The notes beneath the pieces were generated by a model. The model searched no databases, was not told the DNA's origin, and worked only from the letters and a program-made list of their open reading frames with translations. 24,000 nt of DNA, taken from assembly GCA_041394605.1 (NCBI GenBank), contig JAWKHX010000010.1, positions 86,223 to 110,222 on the forward strand, given 5' to 3'. The stretch comes from Ilumatobacteraceae bacterium. GTDB lineage: Bacteria; Actinomycetota; Acidimicrobiia; Acidimicrobiales; Ilumatobacteraceae. Below are positions 1 to 6,647 of this stretch, in pieces (the stretch's first letter is position 1; each line of letters opens with the position of its first letter). A program made the translations under genes and the position numbers.

Positions 1-604
1 TGGGCGCGATGTCCACGGAACGGACGGCCAGCGGGTGGCGCCCCCGTTGCACCCCAGGCCCGCTGAACCACAGTGGGGCCCGCGCCTGGCGGACGTGCAG
101 CGACCCGTGGGTGCCGGGCTGCGCACCGCTGGCCCAGTCCTTCGGTGAGACCGCCAGGTCCGGCGCGTTGGGGCTGTCGAACAGCTGGGCGACGCGCTCG
201 TAGCCGAAGGGGTAGCTCTGGTGCTCCGGGGCGATGAACCGCCGGGCAGGGTCGCCGGCATCGAACCCGCTGGCCGCGGCGGCAGCACGCTCGGCGTCGA
301 TGGTGGCCAGCGCCAGAGGGTCCTGGTTGGCGATCGGGTTCTGGCCCACGACCTCCAGCACCTCGAAGTCCAGCACTCCGTCGTCGTCCACGAGGCGGCG
401 GAAGCGCACCATGCCCCGTTCCGACCAGACCTCGTACGCGCCGTCGTCGGCACCGTTCAGCCCTTCCCGCCAGGTGAGCACGAGGTCCACCTGCGGACCC
501 ACCACGGCGTCGGTGAGGAGGGCGGCGATCGCCCGGTTGCCGCTTTCCTCCTGATGGTGGTCCAGCCCCTGGCCACCTCTCCGTTCCGGCCCGTGCACGC
601 GCAT
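1..604 (-). CDS. hypothetical protein, N-terminal ~201 codons only (gene runs off the left edge); only a weak resemblance to alkaline-phosphatase/phosphodiesterase superfamily
   Basis: Absent from the ORF track because it has no stop in the window. Manual reverse translation from ATG 604..602 is stop-free: MRVHGPERRGGQGLDHHQEESGNRAIAALLTDAVVGPQVDLVLTWREG...YEVWSERGMVRFRRLVDDDGVLDFEVLEVVGQNPIANQDPLALATIDAERAAAAASGFDAGDPARRFIAPEHQSYPFGYERVAQLFDSPNAPDLAVSPKDWASGAQPGTHGSLHVRQARAPLWFSGPGVQRGRHPLAVRSVDIAP. G/C at nearly every third position. GTHGS...PL...GPG...DIAP recalls the distal metal-site region of AP-superfamily enzymes. Start codon uncertain. Confidence 0.55.
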   Translation of the reverse strand, partial: MRVHGPERRGGQGLDHHQEESGNRAIAALLTDAVVGPQVDLVLTWREGLNGADDGAYEVWSERGMVRFRRLVDDDGVLDFEVLEVVGQNPIANQDPLALATIDAERAAAAASGFDAGDPARRFIAPEHQSYPFGYERVAQLFDSPNAPDLAVSPKDWASGAQPGTHGSLHVRQARAPLWFSGPGVQRGRHPLAVRSVDIAP

Positions 605-639
605 GGGGCGGACAGTACCGCCCCGGCCCGGGCGGTAGT

Positions 640-1080
640 TCAGCGGGCGCCCCAGGCGAACGTCTGCTTGAACAGCTTCAGGCAGACGAACGCCTCGGCC
701 TCCACCACGTCGTCCCGGCTGCGCAGGCGGGACAGCAGCCGGAGCAGCTCCTCGTCGTCGTCGGCCACCACCTCGAACATCAGGTCGTAGCGGCCGGTGG
801 TGGCCACCAGGTACTCGACCTCGTCCAGCGCAGCGAGCGCCGCGGCGGTCTCCTCCGCGTCGCCGCGTACCCGCGCACCGACCATCGCCACCCGGCGGAC
901 GCCCACGGAGAGCGGGTCGGTGACGGCGACGATCTGCATCACCCCACCGTCGGTCAGCCGCTGCACCCGCTGCCGGATGGCGCCCTCGGTCAGGCCGACC
1001 TCGGCGGCGATGCGGGTGAACGGCATCCGCCCGTCGGCCTGGAGCAGTTCGATGATGGTGCGGTCGATGTCGTCGATCAT
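640..1080 (-). CDS. Lrp/AsnC family transcriptional regulator (146 aa)
   Basis: C-terminal 146 codons of ORF 640..2202. AsnC-type winged HTH MIDDIDRTIIELLQADGRMPFTRIAAEVGLTEGAIRQRVQRL is followed by a RAM-type effector domain (VGARVRGD...GRYDLMFEVV). ATG 1080..1078 overlaps the upstream stop 1079..1077 (ATGA). Confidence 0.9.
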   Translation of the reverse strand: MIDDIDRTIIELLQADGRMPFTRIAAEVGLTEGAIRQRVQRLTDGGVMQIVAVTDPLSVGVRRVAMVGARVRGDAEETAAALAALDEVEYLVATTGRYDLMFEVVADDDEELLRLLSRLRSRDDVVEAEAFVCLKLFKQTFAWGAR

Positions 1081-2444
1081 GCGCGGCGGGCGAACTGGTC
1101 GCCGACCTCCGTCAGCACGCGGCGCAGCACGGACTCGATGAACACGAACTCCTCCTCGCCGGCGATCAGCGGCGGCGACAGGGTGATGACGGGCTCGCCG
1201 CGGTCGTCCGCCCGGCAGATCAGCCCGGCGTCGTACAGCCGGGGCGACAGTTCGCCGCGCAGCAGCCAGTCCGCCTGCTCCTGGGTGAACATGCCGCGGG
1301 TGGCCTTGTCCGGCACCAGTTCGATGGCCAGGAAGTAGCCGTCGCCGCGCACGTCGCCGACCAGTGGCAGGTCCAGCAGCCCCTCGATCAGCGACTTGAA
1401 CCGGCCCTCGTTGGCCCGCACGTGACCGCAGATGTCCTCGCGCTCGAACACGTCCAGGTTGGCGTTGGCGACCGCGCAGCTCAACGGGTGGGCGCCGAAC
1501 GTCTGGCCCTGGAGGAACACGTTGGCGTCGGCGAGGAAGGGCTCCGCCAGGCGATCGCTGAGCAGCATCCCGCCGAGGGGGGAGTAGCCGCTGGTGACGC
1601 CCTTGGCGAACGTGATGATGTCCGGCTGGTAGCCGTAGCGGATGCTGCCGAACATCTCGCCGAAGCGGCCGAACGCGGCGATGACCTCGTCGCTGACCAG
1701 CAGCACGTCGTATTCGTCGCAGATCTCGCGGACCCGCTGCCAGTAGCCGTCCGGCGGGGTGAACGCCCCGCCGGTGTTCTGCACCGGCTCCATGAACACG
1801 GCGGCCACGGTGTCCGGGCCCTCCATCTCGATGCGCATCGCCAGGTCGTCGGCGCAGCGCAGGGTGCAGGCGCCGAGGTTCATGCAATCGTTGCAGCGGT
1901 AGCGGTACGGCGTCTGGACCTTGATGGCGCCGGGGACCAGCGGCTCGAAGGGGGCCTTGATCGAGGGCACCCCGGTGAGGCTGAGGGCCCCCATCGAGGT
2001 GCCGTGGTAGGCCAGGTAGCGGCTGACGACCTTGTGCTTCATCGGCCGGCCCTGCAGCTTCCAGTACTGGCGGGCGAACTTGATCGCGCTCTCCACCGCG
2101 TCGCCGCCGCTGGGGGTGAAGAAGACCCGGTTCAGGTCGCCCGGCGCGTACTCCGCCAGGCGGTGGGCGAGCGTGGCGGCCGGCTCGTGGGCGAAGCTCC
2201 ACACCGGGAAGTAGGCCAGGGTCTCGGCCTGGGCGCGGGCGGCCTCCGCCAACTCGGCGCGGCCGTGGCCGACCTGCACGGTGAACAGGCCGGACAGGCC
2301 GTCGAGGTAGCGCTTGCCGTGGGCGTCCTCCACGTAGCAGCCCTCACCGCGGGTGATGACGGGGACCTCGTGGGCGGCGTACGCCCCCAGCTTGGTGAAG
2401 TGCATCCAGAGATGGCGGGCGGCGAGTTCGGAGGTTGTGGGCAT
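1077..2444 (-). CDS. class-III (omega-type) PLP-dependent aminotransferase (455 aa)
   Basis: ORF 1077..2684 trimmed to ATG 2444 (MPTTSELAARHLWMHFT). The upstream 80 codons are Arg/Pro/Ser-rich shadow. Motifs: FFTPSGGDAVESAIK, LLVSDEVIAAFGRFG, PLP lysine in IITFAKGVTSGYSPLGG. Confidence 0.9.
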   Translation of the reverse strand: MPTTSELAARHLWMHFTKLGAYAAHEVPVITRGEGCYVEDAHGKRYLDGLSGLFTVQVGHGRAELAEAARAQAETLAYFPVWSFAHEPAATLAHRLAEYAPGDLNRVFFTPSGGDAVESAIKFARQYWKLQGRPMKHKVVSRYLAYHGTSMGALSLTGVPSIKAPFEPLVPGAIKVQTPYRYRCNDCMNLGACTLRCADDLAMRIEMEGPDTVAAVFMEPVQNTGGAFTPPDGYWQRVREICDEYDVLLVSDEVIAAFGRFGEMFGSIRYGYQPDIITFAKGVTSGYSPLGGMLLSDRLAEPFLADANVFLQGQTFGAHPLSCAVANANLDVFEREDICGHVRANEGRFKSLIEGLLDLPLVGDVRGDGYFLAIELVPDKATRGMFTQEQADWLLRGELSPRLYDAGLICRADDRGEPVITLSPPLIAGEEEFVFIESVLRRVLTEVGDQFARRA

Positions 2445-2459
2445 GGCGGAATCCGATGT

Positions 2460-2487
2460 TCGTAGGCAACTGCTACGAGGATCGTAG
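2460..2487. promoter_or_regulatory. three hexamer half-sites TCGTAG-N7-CTACGA-N3-TCGTAG (candidate operator or alternative hairpins) in the divergent region
   Basis: Read directly: TCGTAG 2460-2465, CTACGA 2473-2478, TCGTAG 2482-2487. The central hexamer is the exact reverse complement of both flanking ones. The site lies 16 nt upstream of aminotransferase ATG 2444. Confidence 0.4.
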
Positions 2488-2616
2488 TCCGTCGGGCTAG
2501 CACGGCGGCCGACATTCCGAGGACAACGATCAGGCGGCGCGATGCAGGCATGGCCGCTTCCTTCCGGCCCGGCAGCGTATCCGCCGGCGCGGCGCCGGTG
2601 GCCTAGCCTCACGGCC

Positions 2617-3393
2617 ATGCTGCTCGCCCACGAACTGCTCGGCCCTGCCGGCGCCCCTGAACTGGTGCTGGTCCACGGCATCACCGACAGCCACGAGATG
2701 TGGCGCCCGCTCCTGGCACCGCTCGCGGAGGCCCACCGGGTGCTGGCCGTCGACCTGCGCGGCCATGGCGCCAGCCCGGACGACGACGCCTACGACCCGT
2801 TGTCGTACGCCGCCGACGTGGTGGAGACCGTGCGCTCGGTGGAGTTCACCGACCCGCTGCTCGTCGGCCACTCGCTGGGTGGGGTGGTGGTCAGCGCCTA
2901 CGCGGCCATCGCTCCGTGCCGCGGCGTGGTGAACATCGACCAGCCGTTGCGGCTGGCGGGGTTCAAGGACGGCCTGGTCCAGCTGGAGCCGATGCTGCGG
3001 GCCGACGACGCCACGTTCCAGGCGGCGATCACGATGATGTTCACGGCGATGAACGGCCCGCTGCCGGCCACGGAGCAGGCTCGGCTGGATGCCAACAAGC
3101 GGGCCGACCAGCAGGTGGTGCTGGGCACGTGGGCGTCCGTGTTCGAGAGCACGGCGGAGGAACTGGACGCCCAGGTGCAGGCCATCGGCGGCGCGGTGGA
3201 CGTGCCCTATCTGGCGATCCACGGGCTGGACCCGGGCCCCGGGTACGCGGAGTGGCTGACGGCGCTGATCCCGTCGGCCACCTATGAGGAGTGGCCCGAC
3301 CTCGGCCACTACCTGCACCTCGTCCACCCGGCGCGGTTCCTCGCCCGGTTGGCCGCATTCGAGGCGTCGCTGCCAGGAGGGCAGAGCGCGTGA
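2617..3393 (+). CDS. alpha/beta-fold hydrolase (258 aa)
   Basis: ORF 2542..3393 trimmed to ATG 2617 (MLLAHELLGPAGAPELVLVHGITDS). Nucleophile elbow GHSLGG and a C-terminal His in DLGHYLHLVHP. TAGCCT (TANNNT) at 2604-2609 sits 7 nt before the ATG, so the mRNA may be leaderless. Confidence 0.85.
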   Translation: MLLAHELLGPAGAPELVLVHGITDSHEMWRPLLAPLAEAHRVLAVDLRGHGASPDDDAYDPLSYAADVVETVRSVEFTDPLLVGHSLGGVVVSAYAAIAPCRGVVNIDQPLRLAGFKDGLVQLEPMLRADDATFQAAITMMFTAMNGPLPATEQARLDANKRADQQVVLGTWASVFESTAEELDAQVQAIGGAVDVPYLAIHGLDPGPGYAEWLTALIPSATYEEWPDLGHYLHLVHPARFLARLAAFEASLPGGQSA

Positions 3394-4172
3394 CCGTCGT
3401 CGCGTCCGTCGACGGGCCCGTCGGCACCATCACGCTGGACCGGGCCGCCAAGCGCAACGCCGTGACCTACGGGATGTGGACGGGGCTGGAGGCGGCGTGC
3501 CAGACGATGGCGCGTGACGAGGCGGTGCGGGTGGTGGTGCTGCGTGGCGCCGGTGACCACTTCTGCGCCGGTGCCGACATCACCGAACTGCTGGCCGAAC
3601 GGCCGGCCACCCAGCCGAGCTTCATGGACGTCAACATGGCCGCCGAGCACGCGCTGGCCAACCTGCCGAAACCGACGGTCGCCGTCGTCCAGGGGGACTG
3701 CATCGGGGGCGGGGCGGCGCTGGCGATCGACTGCGACCTGCGGATCGCGGTCGAGGGCTCCCGCTTCGGGATCACCCCGGCGAAGCTCGGCATCGTCTAC
3801 CCGCCGGCGTCACTGGAGCGGGTCACCCGCCTGCTCGGGCCGGCGGCCAAGCGCCTCCTCTTCACCGGGGATCTGGTCGACGCCACGGAGGCCCGGCGGA
3901 TCGGCCTGGTGGACGAGGTGTGGCCGGCGGGCGACGTGGAGGCGCGGGTGGAGGAGTTGTGCGCCACCCTGGCTGCCCGCTCCCTGCTCACCCAGGCCGC
4001 CACCAAGCAGATGGTGGGCGCGGTGCTGGAGCACGGCTCGGTGCCGTCGGCGATGGCCGATGCCTGGGCGCACGAGGTGGCGGTCAGCGGTGAGCTGGCC
4101 GAGGGCGTCGCGGCGTTCGGGGAGCGGCGGGCGCCGCAGTTCCCCTGGCGGCGGCCTCACGGCATGTCGTAG
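3390..4172 (+). CDS. enoyl-CoA hydratase/isomerase (crotonase) superfamily protein (260 aa)
   Basis: ORF 3291..4172 trimmed to GTG 3390, which overlaps the hydrolase stop 3391-3393 (GTGA). Motifs: ITLDRAAKRNAV, oxyanion-hole DHFCAGADI, VQGDCIGGGAALA. Confidence 0.85.
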   Translation: MTVVASVDGPVGTITLDRAAKRNAVTYGMWTGLEAACQTMARDEAVRVVVLRGAGDHFCAGADITELLAERPATQPSFMDVNMAAEHALANLPKPTVAVVQGDCIGGGAALAIDCDLRIAVEGSRFGITPAKLGIVYPPASLERVTRLLGPAAKRLLFTGDLVDATEARRIGLVDEVWPAGDVEARVEELCATLAARSLLTQAATKQMVGAVLEHGSVPSAMADAWAHEVAVSGELAEGVAAFGERRAPQFPWRRPHGMS

Positions 4173-4532
4173 ACCTCGGGGTGCGCCAGCGGGTGGTGCA
4201 CCCAGGCGATCATCTGGCGCAGCTGATGGTACGCGGCCAGGCGGGCCGTGTCGTCGCCGGCGGCCTCGGCGTCCTCGCACACCGCGGAGGCGGCGGGTGA
4301 AGGTCGGCCCCAGCTCCAGCAGGCCGCTGGCGCCCTCGCTGGCCCAACGGGCCAGCACCCAGCGGACCAGCGCGCCCTCGGGGACGTCCGTCGATTGCGA
4401 CAGGCCGCGGATGGTCCGCATCGGATCCACCTTGGCGTAGAGGGCGACGTCGGCCTTGAGATTGGCGTCCTTGTCGTCGTCGGGCCACGGCCCGGTCCAC
4501 GGTTCCAGCGTGACCACCGGGGTGTCGCTCAT
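4157..4532 (-). pseudogene. small conserved hypothetical protein, reading frame broken as given (about 124 aa if repaired)
   Basis: ATG 4532 opens MSDTPVVTLEPWTGPWPDDDKDANLKADVALYAKVDPMRTIRGLSQSTDVPEGALVRWVLARWASEGASGLLELGPTFTRRL with high GC3. After about 4296 this frame turns Arg/Gly-rich with poor GC3. The +1 frame then reads AVCEDAEAAGDDTARLAAYHQLRQMIAWVHHPLAHPEVYDMP-stop (TGA 4159..4157) with high GC3. 4532..4157 is 376 nt, not a multiple of 3. Confidence 0.6.
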
Positions 4533-4541
4533 GGGCCGAGC

Positions 4542-5129
4542 CTACGGTTCGGTGGAGTGCGCGCTGGGCTCGCCGCCGGCCCGCAGCTCGGTCTCGATGA
4601 GCAGGGCGCGGGCCAGGTCGCCCGCCGCCGACCGGTACCGGTGGGGCAGGTCCGCCGGGTACGACATGAAGTCGCCGGTGGCCAGGTCGGTCAGCTCGCC
4701 GTCGACCTCGACCTCCACCGGCCCGGCGAGGACGTAGATGGCCTCGAACCCGGGATGCGTCCACGGCTCGCGGAACTCGGTGGCCAGCCCGACCAGCTCG
4801 ACCACGTGAAACGGCGCCCCGCCGGCCAGGAGGAGGCGGCGGAGCGATTCGCCCGGCGTGGCCACCGCCGCGATCCTCGGGTCGGCGGCGCGGGCGACCA
4901 CGGTGCCCGTGTCGTCGTCGCCGGCGAACAGCGCCTGCGGTGTGGTCCCCAGCGCGGTGGCGATGCGGTACAGCGACTCCATCGACGGCGTGGCCCGACC
5001 GTTCTCCACCTGGGAGAGGAACGGCTGGGACAGGCCGGACCGCTCCGCCAGCGCCACCAGGGTCAGCCCCTGCTGCTGCCGGCGTGAGCGGATCTGGCCA
5101 CCGACGGGGGAAGGTGCCGCGACCGTCAC
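4542..5129 (-). CDS. XRE-family HTH regulator with C-terminal cupin domain (195 aa)
   Basis: C-terminal part of ORF 4542..6323. GTG 5129..5127 overlaps the LLM stop 5128..5126 (GTGA). HTH: IRSRRQQQGLTLVALAERSGLSQPFLSQVENGRATPSMESLYRIATALG. Cupin barrel: HPGFEAIYVLAGPVEVEVDGE...GDFMSYPADLPHRY. Confidence 0.85.
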   Translation of the reverse strand: MTVAAPSPVGGQIRSRRQQQGLTLVALAERSGLSQPFLSQVENGRATPSMESLYRIATALGTTPQALFAGDDDTGTVVARAADPRIAAVATPGESLRRLLLAGGAPFHVVELVGLATEFREPWTHPGFEAIYVLAGPVEVEVDGELTDLATGDFMSYPADLPHRYRSAAGDLARALLIETELRAGGEPSAHSTEP

Positions 5130-6286
5130 GAGACGAGCGGGACCACCTCGTCCATGAACCGCTGCATCTGCTCGACGGCCTTGCTGTAGGGGTCGCCGGC
5201 GAGGTGCGGGAACAGGGTGAGGTACTCGAGGCCCAGCAGGTCCTTGTACTCCTGGACCTGTGCGGCCACTTCCTCGGCCGTGCCGACGAGGATCGTCCGC
5301 TGCTTCATGGACTCCTCCAGGGTGGGGATCAGGCCGGGCTTCACCGGCTTGCCGTCCTCGCCCATGTAGCCGCGGCTCCAGCCGTACGGCCCGAGGAACT
5401 TCCAGAACTCGTCGTGGCCGTTGCGCGCCGTGCGCATGGCCTCCTCGTGGGTGTCCTCGATGCGCACGCTGACCACCAGCATCCGCTTCTCGTGGTTGCC
5501 GATGGCCCGGCCGTGGGACTGCTCGTAGACCTCGGCGTAGCGGTCCCACATCCGCTTGATGAAGGTGGGGTGCTGGTTCCAGAACACCGCGCCGTGGTCG
5601 GCCTTCGGCGTGTACTCGACGGTGGGCGGGCTGGTGGCCGCCTGCCAGATCTCGAACGGGTAGATCGGGCGGGGGACCAGGGTCAGCTCCTGCACGGTGG
5701 TGCCGCGGTCGGGGATGCCCGGGACGGGGAGCTGGAAGTACTTGCCGTTGAGGTGGAACGACTCCTGGGTGAGCGCCATCTTGACGATCTCCATCTGCTC
5801 CTCGAAGTACTCCCGGTTCTTGGCGTCGTCGGCCGCCTGGTCGGGGTTGTCGTGGGAGCCGATGGACACGTGGAAGTCGTTGAGGTGGAGGATCTCGCGG
5901 GGCACCGTGCCACGACCGACGCCGAGGATGCCGCGCCCGCCGGACAGGTTGTGCATGGTGGCGAAGTCCTCCGCCAGGCGCAGCGGGTTCCACTGCGGGA
6001 CCACGTTGAACATCGCGCCCAGGCGGATGTTCTTCGTGCGGGCGGCGATCCAGGCGGAGATGAGGATGCCGTTGGGGATGACCTCGTAGCCCTCGTACTG
6101 GAAGTGGTGTTCGGTGGTCCAGAAGCTGTCGTACCCGGCTTCGTCGGCCGCCGAGGCGGCGTCGATGTACTTCAGGGTGGCGTCCCAGCAGGTGGCGTTG
6201 TCGTACCTGCGGTCCATCGGGTTCGGCAGGCCGGCGCCGGCATCCGGCATCTCGACCCCGCCGAAGAAGAACGCTCCGACCTTCAT
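5126..6286 (-). CDS. LLM-class (bacterial luciferase-like) flavin-dependent oxidoreductase (386 aa)
   Basis: ORF 5126..6331 trimmed to ATG 6286 (MKVGAFFFGG), preceded by AAAGGG 6 nt upstream. TTEHHF motif and luciferase-like TIM-barrel sequence throughout (NIRLGAMFNVVPQWNPLRLAEDFATMHNLSGGRGILGVGRG). Confidence 0.88.
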   Translation of the reverse strand: MKVGAFFFGGVEMPDAGAGLPNPMDRRYDNATCWDATLKYIDAASAADEAGYDSFWTTEHHFQYEGYEVIPNGILISAWIAARTKNIRLGAMFNVVPQWNPLRLAEDFATMHNLSGGRGILGVGRGTVPREILHLNDFHVSIGSHDNPDQAADDAKNREYFEEQMEIVKMALTQESFHLNGKYFQLPVPGIPDRGTTVQELTLVPRPIYPFEIWQAATSPPTVEYTPKADHGAVFWNQHPTFIKRMWDRYAEVYEQSHGRAIGNHEKRMLVVSVRIEDTHEEAMRTARNGHDEFWKFLGPYGWSRGYMGEDGKPVKPGLIPTLEESMKQRTILVGTAEEVAAQVQEYKDLLGLEYLTLFPHLAGDPYSKAVEQMQRFMDEVVPLVS

Positions 6287-6331
6287 GTGCAGCCCTTTCG
6301 TCGTTCGTGACTCTGGGTGGCACCGTAGCAC

Positions 6332-6352
6332 GATATTGATGTCGTCAATATC
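6332..6352. promoter_or_regulatory. AT-rich perfect palindrome GATATTGA-N5-TCAATATC, candidate operator of the LLM/XRE-cupin operon
   Basis: Read directly: 8-bp arms at 6332-6339 and 6345-6352, 46 nt upstream of ATG 6286. On the minus strand it contains TTGACG (plus 6343-6348), followed 15 nt later by TACGGT (TANNNT; plus 6322-6327). Confidence 0.5.
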
Positions 6353-6374
6353 ACTGCCGCGTGAACGTGGGGTG

Positions 6375-6397
6375 CGGCCCGGCGGCTCGCCGGGCCG
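6375..6397 (-). terminator. GC-rich stem-loop (10-bp perfect stem, 3-nt loop), candidate tail-less intrinsic terminator or insulator
   Basis: cGGCCCGGCG-gct-CGCCGGGCCg read directly. It lies between the MFS 3' end and the LLM promoter region. No U-tract follows on either strand. Confidence 0.35.
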
Positions 6398-6438
6398 TCG
6401 CCGGACACAGATATCTCGGTGTGCCCTCGTTCTCGTCA

Positions 6439-6455
6439 GTTCGATTTCGATTTCG
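6439..6455. repeat. left arm of long-range inverted repeat (GTTCGATTTCGATTTCG; internally a tandem TCGATT(T) repeat)
   Basis: Its reverse complement, CGAAATCGAAATCGAAC, matches 6607-6622 (CGAATCGAAATCGAAC) apart from one missing A. Confidence 0.6.
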
Positions 6456-6606
6456 CCCCTCGGCTCCGTCGTGGACGGATCGCCGTCGCCGTGGTTGGCC
6501 GCTCAAGGCCATGGTCGGTTCGTGGCCGGCCCGTCGCCGGTCAACGGTCAGGTCGACGTGCACGCTGCTGATTCGACGCCGGTGACGTCGGGCTGGTGGC
6601 GCCACC

Positions 6607-6622
6607 CGAATCGAAATCGAAC
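6607..6622. repeat. right arm of long-range inverted repeat (CGAATCGAAATCGAAC)
   Basis: Pairs with 6439-6455. The 151-nt segment between the arms is dense in short palindromes: CCGTC-gtg-GACGG 6467-6479, GTCGAC/GTGCAC around 6552-6563, GGTGGCGCCACC 6595-6606. Confidence 0.6.
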
Positions 6623-6647
6623 AGAGTTGAACCGAGGGAGCCGCGCC

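Noticed and set aside
640-2202. Long N-terminal extensions in the ORF track that fuse neighbouring genes (640..2202, 1077..2684, 4542..6323, 6741..8414, 7847..10336, 10346..13660, 15313..17889, 18231..20789, 20626..21495, 21305..22657)
   Set aside because: The extensions are Arg/Pro-rich and read through the upstream gene in a different frame. Internal ATG/GTG starts give family-typical N-termini, often with a 4-nt stop/start overlap or a Shine-Dalgarno sequence.
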